This document shows positions 9,992 to 17,214 of a DNA stretch of 32,000 nt, piece after piece (positions within the stretch are counted from its first letter, which is position 1; each line of letters starts with the position of its first letter). Both the position numbers and the translations under genes were made by a program. The DNA is from Actinotalea sp. (GTDB lineage Bacteria > Actinomycetota > Actinomycetes > Actinomycetales > Cellulomonadaceae), in assembly GCF_041597215.1 (NCBI RefSeq), contig NZ_JBFHHB010000001.1, positions 1 through 32,000 on the forward strand, given 5' to 3'. Below the pieces are notes generated by a model. The model did no database searches. It was given only the letters and a program-made list of their open reading frames with translations, and had not been told where the DNA came from.

Positions 9992-11206
9992 TCACGCAGC
10001 GGTGAGCGCCCGGAGGCGGACGACGGCCTCGTCGAGCACCGCTCGCTCCTTCACGAACGTGAAGCGCAGGGAGGAGCGCAGCGCCGCCTCCGTCGGGGAG
10101 CCCTCCCGGCAGAAGGCGCCCACCGGGACGCCGACGACACCGGCGAGCTCCGGCAGGCGCCTGCACAGCTCGGTTCCGTCGTCGAAGCCGAGCCGAGCGC
10201 CGTCGACCACGACGAAGTAGGTCCCCTGCGGCACGACGACGTCGAACCCCGCCCGGTCCAGCCCCGCGCACAGCAGGTCCCGCCGGTCACGCAACGAGGC
10301 GGCGTGCGCCAGCACCCACGCCTCGGCGGCGCCGTCCTCGTCGCGCAGCGCCGAGGCGACGGCGACCTGGAACGGTGCGCCCGAGACGTAGGTGAGGAAC
10401 TGCTGGACGGTGCGCACGGCGGTCACCAGCGCGGCGGGTCCGCTCACCCAGCCGACCTTCCAGCCGGTGAAGGAGAACGTCTTGCCTGCCGAGGAGATCG
10501 TCAGGGTCCGCTTGGCCATCCCGGGCAGGGTCGCGATCGGGAGGTGGGTGGCGCCGTAGGTGAGGTGCTCGTAGACCTCGTCCGTGACGACGAGGAGGTC
10601 GTTCTCGCGAGCGAGGCGGGCGATCTCCGCCAGCTCGTCAGCGCTCAGGACGGCGCCCGTCGGGTTGTGCGGGGTGTTCAGCAGGATCATCCGGGTCCGC
10701 GGGCCGACCGCCGCGCGCAGTGCCGCGAGGTCGACGGCGAACCCCTCGGGGCCGGGGACGAGGGGAACCGTCCGGTGGTGTGCTCCTGCCATCGCCAGCA
10801 CGGCGGCGTACGCGTCGTAGAAGGGCTCGAGGGTGAGCACCTCGTCGCCCGGGTCCACGAGCGCGAGTACGGTGGCGGCGATCGCCTCGGTCGCCCCCGT
10901 GGTCACCAGGACCTCCGTCCGAGGGTCGGGGTGCAGCCCGTAGTGACGAGCCTGGTGCGCCGCGACCGCCGCGCGCAGCTCCGGCTCTCCCCCGCCGGGC
11001 GGGTACTGGTTGCGACCGGCGAGGATCGCCGCGACCGCGGCGTCGCGCACGGCGACCGGGCCGTCCACGTCGGGGAAGCCCTGACCGAGGTTCACCGCCC
11101 CGGTGCGGGCGGCCAGTGCCGACATCTCGGCGAAGATCGTCGGCCGGACGACGCCGTCGGCTCCTGCGAGCCGTGCGGCGCGGGCCACCTGCTGCCATCG
11201 GTGCAC
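9992..11206 (-). CDS. class I/II PLP-dependent aminotransferase (DapC / kynurenine aminotransferase-like)
   Basis: 404 aa with LGQGFPD, NTPHNPTG and SAGKTFSFTGWKVG (the PLP lysine). It closely resembles the mycobacterial DapC-type protein as I remember it. Confidence 0.88.
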   Translation of the reverse strand: MHRWQQVARAARLAGADGVVRPTIFAEMSALAARTGAVNLGQGFPDVDGPVAVRDAAVAAILAGRNQYPPGGGEPELRAAVAAHQARHYGLHPDPRTEVLVTTGATEAIAATVLALVDPGDEVLTLEPFYDAYAAVLAMAGAHHRTVPLVPGPEGFAVDLAALRAAVGPRTRMILLNTPHNPTGAVLSADELAEIARLARENDLLVVTDEVYEHLTYGATHLPIATLPGMAKRTLTISSAGKTFSFTGWKVGWVSGPAALVTAVRTVQQFLTYVSGAPFQVAVASALRDEDGAAEAWVLAHAASLRDRRDLLCAGLDRAGFDVVVPQGTYFVVVDGARLGFDDGTELCRRLPELAGVVGVPVGAFCREGSPTEAALRSSLRFTFVKERAVLDEAVVRLRALTAA

Positions 11207-11212
11207 GGGACA

Positions 11213-11218
11213 AGCGTA
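11213..11218 (-). promoter_or_regulatory. -10-like hexamer TACGCT, 6 nt upstream of the aminotransferase GTG (candidate leaderless promoter)
   Basis: The minus strand reads TACGCT-tgtccc-GTG. There is no Shine-Dalgarno sequence, and the hexamer sits in the 18-nt gap after the MFS stop. Confidence 0.45.
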
Positions 11219-11224
11219 GGTCGC

Positions 11225-12463
11225 TCAGCCCTTGCCGAGCTCGACCCAGCCCTGCCGACGGTAGGCGGGGGTCGCGCACGCCAGGACGAGCACGGCGACG
11301 ACGAGCGCACCCAGGATCACGGCCGACATCGCGACGGCGTCCCCGCCGAGCACGCCGACCAGGGGGCTGATCCCGCCGGCGAGCCCCGCCTGGAGGAAGC
11401 CGATCGTCGCGGCGGCCGTGCCGGCACGCTCCCCGTGCCGGGTCATCGCGAGGGCGGAGGCGTTCGCGGACAGGAACCCGAGGAGGAGCAGGACCAGCCA
11501 CAGGGTCGAGACCAGCCCGACGAGGCCACCGCGTTCCGTCACGGCCAGGAGCAGGAGCACGCCGGCGGCCGCTGCGGCGGTCGGGGCCGAGGCCCGCAGC
11601 AGGCGTGCGGGGCCGACCCGTCGGACCAGGGCGGCGTTGAGCTGGGCGCCCAGCACGAGGCCGATCCCGCCGAGCGCGAAGACGAGCGAGAACTGCACAG
11701 CGCTCAACCCGAACTCCTCCTGCAGCACGAACGGCGAGCCGGAGACGTAGCTGATGATGACGACCAGCCCGAGGCCGGGAAGCACCGCGAGCGCGACGAA
11801 GCGTCGGTCCGCCAGGAGCGTGAGGTAGCCGCGGGCCAGGGTGGCCGCCCCGGAGTGCACCCGGCGCTCGCGCGGGAGTGTCTCGGGCAGGGCGACCGCC
11901 ACGACGGTCACGAGGACGGCACCCAGCACCGCGAGGACCACGAAGACCCCGCGCCACCCCCAGTGCGCGGCGACCACGCTTCCGACGGACGGCGCGAACA
12001 ACGGGGCGACGCCGATGACGAGCATCAGCCGTGACATGAGGCTCGCCGCATCGGCACCGGTGTAGCGGTCGCGGATCATCGCGATCGCCACCACCGTGGC
12101 CGCAGCGGCGACGAAACCCTGGAGCACCCGCAGCACGACGAGGACCGCGATGGTCGGGGCCATGGCGCACAGCACGGAGAGGACGGCGTGCAGGCTCACC
12201 CCCACCAGGACGGGGCGACGTCGCCCGAACCGGTCCGAGAGCGGCCCGATGACGAGCTGGCCGAAGGCCCCGCCCAGCACCATCCCGGTGATCGTCAGCT
12301 GCACACCGGCCGTCGACGAGAGCAGGTCCCTCCCGACATCCGGCAAGGAGGGCAGGTACATGTCCGTCGAGACGGCCGGGAGCATCGCGAGCGACCCGAC
12401 CAGGAGGACGAAGCCGACCGTCGGTCCGGACGCGACGAGGGGCTCGGAGGTCCGGGTGGGCAT
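11225..12463 (-). CDS. MFS transporter, Bcr/CflA drug-resistance subfamily
   Basis: 412 aa with 12 hydrophobic segments. The N-terminal AVSTDMYLPSLP and GPLSDRFGRRRP motifs are typical of Bcr/CflA. Confidence 0.88.
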   Translation of the reverse strand: MPTRTSEPLVASGPTVGFVLLVGSLAMLPAVSTDMYLPSLPDVGRDLLSSTAGVQLTITGMVLGGAFGQLVIGPLSDRFGRRRPVLVGVSLHAVLSVLCAMAPTIAVLVVLRVLQGFVAAAATVVAIAMIRDRYTGADAASLMSRLMLVIGVAPLFAPSVGSVVAAHWGWRGVFVVLAVLGAVLVTVVAVALPETLPRERRVHSGAATLARGYLTLLADRRFVALAVLPGLGLVVIISYVSGSPFVLQEEFGLSAVQFSLVFALGGIGLVLGAQLNAALVRRVGPARLLRASAPTAAAAAGVLLLLAVTERGGLVGLVSTLWLVLLLLGFLSANASALAMTRHGERAGTAAATIGFLQAGLAGGISPLVGVLGGDAVAMSAVILGALVVAVLVLACATPAYRRQGWVELGKG

Positions 12464-12469
12464 GGGCAG

Positions 12470-12475
12470 AGCGTA
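12470..12475 (-). promoter_or_regulatory. -10-like hexamer TACGCT, 6 nt upstream of the MFS ATG (candidate leaderless promoter)
   Basis: The minus strand reads TACGCT-ctgccc-ATG, with no Shine-Dalgarno sequence. Confidence 0.45.
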
Positions 12476-12479
12476 TCGG

Positions 12480-12491
12480 CGAATCGATTCG
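12480..12491. promoter_or_regulatory. perfect 12-bp palindrome CGAATCGATTCG in the MFS/SRAP divergent region (candidate operator)
   Basis: Read directly from the sequence. It lies at about -17 to -28 relative to the putative MFS transcription start. Confidence 0.35.
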
Positions 12492-12588
12492 ATCGGCTCG
12501 CGGATTGTCCGGCGGGCGGGGGTGTCGGGGTGCCCGGGCCGGCTCTCGGCACCTCGCGGAGGTCCGGGAGCGGGGGCATGCTGGGCGC

Positions 12589-13326
12589 ATGTGCGGCCGC
12601 TACGCCTCCTTCCGCGAGGCCCAGGACCTCGCCGACGCGTTCGCCCTCGAGGACCTCGCGGACGACGCCGCGACCCTGCCGCCCTCGTGGAACCTCGCCC
12701 CGACGGACCCCGTCCGGATCGTCGTCGAACGGACCGCGAGGGACGCGCCGCCGGAATCGCCGCCGGTCCGCTCGCTGCGCCTGGCGAGGTGGGGGCTGGT
12801 CCCCGGCTGGGCCAAGGACCCCTCGGTCGGGGCTCGGATGATCAACGCGCGCGCGGAGACGCTCGCCGAGAGGCCGGCCTTCCGGCGCGCCCTTGCCTCC
12901 CGCAGGTGCCTCGTCCCCGCCGAGGGGTACTACGAGTGGACTCCCCCGCCGCCGGGCAGCCCCGCGCGGACGCCGAAGGTGCCCCACTGGATCCACCCCG
13001 CCGACGGTCGGGTCCTGGCGTTCGCCGGGCTCTACGAGTTCTGGCGCGATCCGACCCTCGCCGACGACGACCCCGCGCGCTGGCTCGTCTCCACGACGAT
13101 CGTCACCGGCGGGGCGGGTCCGGACGGCGCCGCCGCTGCCCTGCACGACCGCCGACCCGTGATCCTCGCGCCCGGACGCTGGGATGCCTGGCTCGATCCC
13201 GGCACCGATGCGCCCACGGCACTCGGTCTGCTCGACGACCCGGCACCGAGCCTCGACGCGTGGACGGTCTCGACCGCTGTCAACAGCGCGACCTCCGAGG
13301 GCCCGGAGCTCATCGCGCCCGTCTGA
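12589..13326 (+). CDS. SOS-response-associated peptidase (SRAP/YedK, abasic-site processing protein)
   Basis: The start was moved to ATG 12589 so that the protein begins MCGRY, since catalytic Cys2 is invariant in SRAP. Downstream SRAP-like motifs include PSWNLAPT, WGLVP.W and MINARAET. The track ORF begins 28 codons earlier. Confidence 0.88.
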   Translation: MCGRYASFREAQDLADAFALEDLADDAATLPPSWNLAPTDPVRIVVERTARDAPPESPPVRSLRLARWGLVPGWAKDPSVGARMINARAETLAERPAFRRALASRRCLVPAEGYYEWTPPPPGSPARTPKVPHWIHPADGRVLAFAGLYEFWRDPTLADDDPARWLVSTTIVTGGAGPDGAAAALHDRRPVILAPGRWDAWLDPGTDAPTALGLLDDPAPSLDAWTVSTAVNSATSEGPELIAPV

Positions 13327-13344
13327 CTCCGCGGGGAGTCAGAC
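13321..13344. terminator. bidirectional hairpin GTCTGACTCC-gcgg-GGAGTCAGAC spanning both convergent stop codons
   Basis: Perfect 10-bp stem with a 4-nt loop. The SRAP TGA (13324-13326) lies in the left arm and the cyclase TGA (13341-13339) in the right arm. Confidence 0.55.
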
Positions 13345-14349
13345 GACGTCGAGGAGCCGCACGACGGGGACGGTGCCGACCCCCGGGATCATCCGCTCGC
13401 CGAGGGTCTCCAGCACGGCGCCGGGCACGGCTCCGAGCGCCGTGGCGGTGCCGCCGTCCAGGAGGACGGTCCCCGGTTCCGCGACGTCCGAGAGGCGGGC
13501 GGCGAGGCTGACCGCCGGACCGAAGACGTCGCCGAACCGCGACAGGACCCTGCCCCAGACCAGTCCGACGCGCACCGGGGACTCCGAGCCGACCGAGAAG
13601 GTCCGCGCCAGCTCCGTCGCGACGCGTGCGCCGGCTCCGGCGTCGTCCGCGACGAACAGGACCGCGTCCCCCACCGTCTTGATCACCCGTCCGCCGCCGG
13701 CGGTCACCACGTCCCTGGCGACGGCCTCGAAGTCGTGGACGAAGTCCGCGAGGGCGTGCGAGCCGAGGTCAGCCGTGCGCCCGGTGAACCCCACGATGTC
13801 GGCCAGGCCGACGGCACGCAGCAGCGGGAGCTCGTCGGACTCCTCCATGCGGTGCGCCTGGCCGAGCTCCGCGTCGATCCGCGCCGCCAGTGCGGCGAGC
13901 TGACGGCGCCAGCCGTGCAGGAGCTGCGCCTCGAGCAGGGAGATGATGGAGGGGAGCCGGTCCAGGACCATCAGGCGGGCGCTGGCGTCGTCGAGGCGGT
14001 ACCGCTCGCGCATGTGCTCGACAAGACCCTCGACCTGCCAGGAGACGAGGCGGTCCGTCGTGTGCCCCACCGCGCGGACCAGGCTCACCCCGGTCCGGTC
14101 GGAGACCTCGAACTCGCTCTCGGCCGCGTGCAGCTGCCGGACGAGCCAGACGTCGGCGCGGGTGAAGCCGCCGACCTCGGGCACCACCAGTCCGAGCGCG
14201 TTCCAGATCCGCCGGATCTCCGCGCTCGGCACCCCTGCCATCCGGGCGGCCTCGGCCAGGTCGATCGACGCGGGGCCGCCGAGCAGCACCCGCTCGATCT
14301 CCGCGAGGGTCGAGTCCTCTCCTGCAGGGTCCTGCGGGGGCGTGGCCAC
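13339..14349 (-). CDS. class III adenylate/guanylate cyclase domain protein with an uncharacterised N-terminal domain
   Basis: The C-terminal half carries the cyclase motifs LADIVGFT and IKTVGDAVLF (metal Asp residues and Lys) and ...AVSLAARL. The start is GTG, 9 nt after the birA stop. Confidence 0.82.
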   Translation of the reverse strand: MATPPQDPAGEDSTLAEIERVLLGGPASIDLAEAARMAGVPSAEIRRIWNALGLVVPEVGGFTRADVWLVRQLHAAESEFEVSDRTGVSLVRAVGHTTDRLVSWQVEGLVEHMRERYRLDDASARLMVLDRLPSIISLLEAQLLHGWRRQLAALAARIDAELGQAHRMEESDELPLLRAVGLADIVGFTGRTADLGSHALADFVHDFEAVARDVVTAGGGRVIKTVGDAVLFVADDAGAGARVATELARTFSVGSESPVRVGLVWGRVLSRFGDVFGPAVSLAARLSDVAEPGTVLLDGGTATALGAVPGAVLETLGERMIPGVGTVPVVRLLDVV

Positions 14350-14355
14350 CCGTCA

Positions 14356-14361
14356 AGGCTA
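14356..14361 (-). promoter_or_regulatory. -10-like hexamer TAGCCT, 6 nt upstream of the cyclase GTG; its TAG is the birA stop codon
   Basis: The minus strand reads TAGCCT-tgacgg-GTG. Confidence 0.4.
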
Positions 14362-15207
14362 GACCGCCGGTCCGTCCTCGACCGTCCGGAGCATGACGTC
14401 TCCCGCGTGCACGGGCACCACCCGCCCGCCCGACTCGACCAGCAGGGCGCCGTCGTCCGCGAGCGCGACGGCTGTGCCCCGCAGCAGCTGACCCCCCGGC
14501 CGCGTGACCTCGACCGTGCGGCCGAGGGTCATGCACGCCGCCGTGCAGGCGTCGGCGAGACGACCCGTCACCCGCCCGTCCTCGCGGCGCCACTGCGCCG
14601 TTCGCTCCCACCACCGGTCCAGCACGGCGGCCAGCACCCGGGCTCGCGACGCGGGGGCACCGGCCAGCGCCACCGAGGTCGCGCTGGCGACGGGGAGCTC
14701 CGCGGACTCCTGGTGCACGTTGATCCCGATCCCCAGGACGACGGCCGGCGCAGGCTGGGCGACGAGCTCCGCGAGCACCCCGGCCACCTTGCGGTACGGA
14801 CCCCAGCCCGGGAGCGAGGTCCCGGCAGGGAGCAGGACGTCGTTCGGCCACTTGAGGACCGGGTCGAGACCGAGCGAGCGCAGCCCCTCGACGACGGAGA
14901 GACCCGCGAGCAGCGGTGCCCAGCCGAGCCGCTCCACCGGGACCTGCGGACGCAGCAGGACCGAGAAGGTGAGCGCGCGCCCCGGCGGCGTCGTCCAGGT
15001 GCGCCCGGCGCGCCCCCGCCCGCCCACCTGGTCGTCGGCGAGCAGCACCGAGCCGTCCGGCCACGGGTCGGCTCCGACGGCCCGTGAGCGCAGCTCGGTC
15101 GAGGTCGACCCCACCTGCTCGAGGACGAGGAGCCGTCCGGGAGGGCTCACCCCGGCGGCGGCGAGGGCCCGCTCGACGCTCGCGGTGTCGAGGAGGTCCT
15201 GGGCCAT
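14359..15207 (-). CDS. birA: biotin--[acetyl-CoA-carboxylase] ligase (class I, no HTH domain)
   Basis: 282 aa starting from MAQDLLD, with GRGRAGRTW (the GRGRxGR biotin-binding loop) and KWPND. The track ORF (421 aa) is over-extended upstream. Confidence 0.9.
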   Translation of the reverse strand: MAQDLLDTASVERALAAAGVSPPGRLLVLEQVGSTSTELRSRAVGADPWPDGSVLLADDQVGGRGRAGRTWTTPPGRALTFSVLLRPQVPVERLGWAPLLAGLSVVEGLRSLGLDPVLKWPNDVLLPAGTSLPGWGPYRKVAGVLAELVAQPAPAVVLGIGINVHQESAELPVASATSVALAGAPASRARVLAAVLDRWWERTAQWRREDGRVTGRLADACTAACMTLGRTVEVTRPGGQLLRGTAVALADDGALLVESGGRVVPVHAGDVMLRTVEDGPAV

Positions 15208-15213
15208 GCCCCC

Positions 15214-15219
15214 ACGGTA
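15214..15219 (-). promoter_or_regulatory. -10-like hexamer TACCGT, 6 nt upstream of the birA ATG (candidate leaderless promoter)
   Basis: The minus strand reads TACCGT-gggggc-ATG, with no Shine-Dalgarno sequence. Confidence 0.45.
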
Positions 15220-15342
15220 GTGGCGCCCCGGAGCGCGAGGCCGTCGACCGGCGCCTCGGACGGGGGGCCGTTGTGGGGACCGGCACAGACGGACCGGCCG
15301 ACACGGTGCGGACCCACACTGAGCATGTGGGGTTCCGACAAC

Positions 15343-15348
15343 TAGCCT
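15343..15348 (+). promoter_or_regulatory. -10-like hexamer TAGCCT, 7 nt upstream of the accD5 GTG (candidate leaderless promoter)
   Basis: TAGCCT-tcgttgc-GTG, with no Shine-Dalgarno sequence. Confidence 0.4.
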
Positions 15349-15355
15349 TCGTTGC

Positions 15356-16960
15356 GTGAGCGAAGCAACGGCCCGGACCAGTCCGACGACCAGGAGTCGG
15401 CTCGCCGACCTCGAGCAGCGCGCGGCCGAGCTGGAGGCGGCCGAGACGGCCGCGGCCGCCAAGCAGCACGCCCGCGGCAAGAAGAGCGCACGCGAGCGGA
15501 TCGACGCCCTCCTCGACGAGGGCAGCTTCACCGAGCTCGACGCCATGGTCCGCCACCGCTCGACGAACTTCGGTCTCGATGCTCGCCGGATCCCCGGGGA
15601 CGGCGTGGTCACCGGCCACGGCACCGTCGACGGTCGCCCCGTCGCGGTCTACAGCCAGGACTTCACCGTCTTCGGCGGCTCCCTCGGCGAGGTGCACGGG
15701 GAGAAGATCAGCAAGGTGATGGACCTCGCCCTGCGCACGGGGATGCCGCTGGTCGGCATCCTGGACGGCGGCGGGGCGCGGATCCAGGAGGGCGTGGCCG
15801 CCCTGACGCAGTTCGCCGAGATCTTCCGGCGGAACGTGGCCGCCTCCGGCGTCATCCCCCAGATCTCCCTCATCCTCGGGCCGAGCGCCGGCGGTGCGGT
15901 CTACTCCCCGGCCCTGACGGACTTCGTCGTCATGGCGGACGGCACGTCGAACATGTTCATCACCGGACCCGACGTGATCCGTGCCGTCACCGGCGAGGAC
16001 GTCGGCTTCGAGGAGCTCGGCGGCGGGCAGACCCACAACGCGCGCTCCGGGGTGGCGCACTACCTCGGCTCCGACGAGGACGACGCGATCGACTACGTCC
16101 GCGCCCTGCTCGGCTACCTGCCGTCGAACAACCTCGCCGACCCGCCCGTCTGGACGGAGGACGTGGGTCGGCCCGAGGCGCTCGACGTCACGGATCAGGA
16201 CCTCGAGCTCGACGCCCTCGTCCCCGACTCCGACTCCCAGCCCTACGACATGCGCACCGTCGTCGAGCAGGTGCTGGACCACGGCGACTTCCTCGAGGTC
16301 CAGCCGCTCTACGCCCGCAACGTGCTCATCGGCTTCGGCCATGTCGAGGGCCGCGCGGTCGGCATCGTCGCGAACCAGCCGCTGCACATGGCGGGGACCC
16401 TCGACATCAACGCGGCCGAGAAGGCCGCTCGCTTCGTGCGCACCTGCGACGCGTTCGGCCTGCCGGTCCTCACCTTCGTCGACGTGCCCGGGTTCCTGCC
16501 CGGCACCGACCAGGAGTGGAACGGGATCATCCGGCGCGGGGCCAAGCTGATCTACGCCTACGCCGAGGCCACCGTCCCGCTCGTGACGGTCATCACCCGC
16601 AAGGCCTACGGCGGTGCGTACATCGTCATGGGCTCCAAGCAGCTGGGTGCCGACGTCAACCTGGCCTGGCCCACCGCGCAGATCGCCGTCATGGGCGCCT
16701 CCGGCGCGGTGAACATCCTGCAACGCTCGGCCCTCAAGCAGGTCGCCGACTCCGGCGGCGACGTCGAGGCCGAGCGCGCCCGGCTGGTCGCGGACTACGA
16801 GGAGGCCCTGGTGAACCCCTACGACGCCGCCGACCGCGGCTACGTCGACGCCGTCATCGCGCCGTCGCAGACCCGGGTCCAGGTCGTCCGCGCCCTGCGG
16901 ACCCTGCGCACCAAGCGCGCGTCGCTGCCCGCCAAGAAGCACGGGAACATCCCGCTGTGA
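15356..16960 (+). CDS. accD5: acyl-CoA (propionyl/acetyl-CoA) carboxylase carboxyltransferase beta subunit
   Basis: 534 aa, collinear with AccD5/PccB as I remember it ([66 protein letters not shown]-terminus). Confidence 0.95.
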   Translation: MSEATARTSPTTRSRLADLEQRAAELEAAETAAAAKQHARGKKSARERIDALLDEGSFTELDAMVRHRSTNFGLDARRIPGDGVVTGHGTVDGRPVAVYSQDFTVFGGSLGEVHGEKISKVMDLALRTGMPLVGILDGGGARIQEGVAALTQFAEIFRRNVAASGVIPQISLILGPSAGGAVYSPALTDFVVMADGTSNMFITGPDVIRAVTGEDVGFEELGGGQTHNARSGVAHYLGSDEDDAIDYVRALLGYLPSNNLADPPVWTEDVGRPEALDVTDQDLELDALVPDSDSQPYDMRTVVEQVLDHGDFLEVQPLYARNVLIGFGHVEGRAVGIVANQPLHMAGTLDINAAEKAARFVRTCDAFGLPVLTFVDVPGFLPGTDQEWNGIIRRGAKLIYAYAEATVPLVTVITRKAYGGAYIVMGSKQLGADVNLAWPTAQIAVMGASGAVNILQRSALKQVADSGGDVEAERARLVADYEEALVNPYDAADRGYVDAVIAPSQTRVQVVRALRTLRTKRASLPAKKHGNIPL

Positions 16961-17181
16961 CCCCCGACGTGCGCGTGGTCAGGGGCGATCCCGACGACGT
17001 CGAGCTGGCCGCCCTGGTCGCGGGGCTGGCGGCGGGCTCGGCAGCGCTCTCGGCGGTCAGTGCCACCTCCGACACCGAGGCCGAGGGCAGGGCGGCCCGG
17101 CGACGCTGGCAGGGGATGGCCGATCGTCTCGACGGCGGACCGACCCCAGGACCCGACTCCTGGCGGTGGAGCAGGCCCTGA
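16957..17181 (+). CDS. accE5: acyl-CoA carboxylase epsilon subunit
   Basis: The 74-aa ORF starts at a GTG overlapping the accD5 TGA (GTGA). The pattern [20 protein letters not shown]...RRRW...WRWS is typical of the ACC epsilon family. It is not listed separately in the ORF track because it lies inside a longer same-frame ORF. Confidence 0.75.
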   Translation: MTPDVRVVRGDPDDVELAALVAGLAAGSAALSAVSATSDTEAEGRAARRRWQGMADRLDGGPTPGPDSWRWSRP

Positions 17182-17202
17182 GGACCGGGCCCTGCGCGCC
17201 AC

Positions 17203-17208
17203 TACGGT
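17203..17208 (+). promoter_or_regulatory. -10-like hexamer TACGGT, 6 nt upstream of the DUF885 ATG (candidate leaderless promoter)
   Basis: TACGGT-ggtgcc-ATG, with no Shine-Dalgarno sequence. Confidence 0.45.
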
Positions 17209-17214
17209 GGTGCC

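Noticed and set aside
12480-12491. Whether the CGAATCGATTCG palindrome upstream of the SOS-response-associated peptidase gene is a LexA (SOS) box.
   Set aside because: The actinobacterial/Gram-positive LexA box is GAAC-N4-GTTC (TCGAAC-N4-GTTCGA). This site has GAAT-N2-ATTC spacing and lacks the GAAC/GTTC cores, so I do not call it an SOS box.
12505-12532. TTGTCCGG and TGTCGGGG motifs reminiscent of the mycobacterial RecA-independent (PafBC-type) DNA-damage promoter element upstream of SRAP.
   Set aside because: The match to the remembered TGTCRGTG core is imperfect, and no TANNNT hexamer follows at the required spacing of about 8 nt.
13769-16942. A 1057-aa ORF on the minus strand.
   Set aside because: It is antisense to accD5 and out of frame over the cyclase and birA. 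Its composition is typical of a shadow ORF, and the sense genes have unambiguous family motifs.
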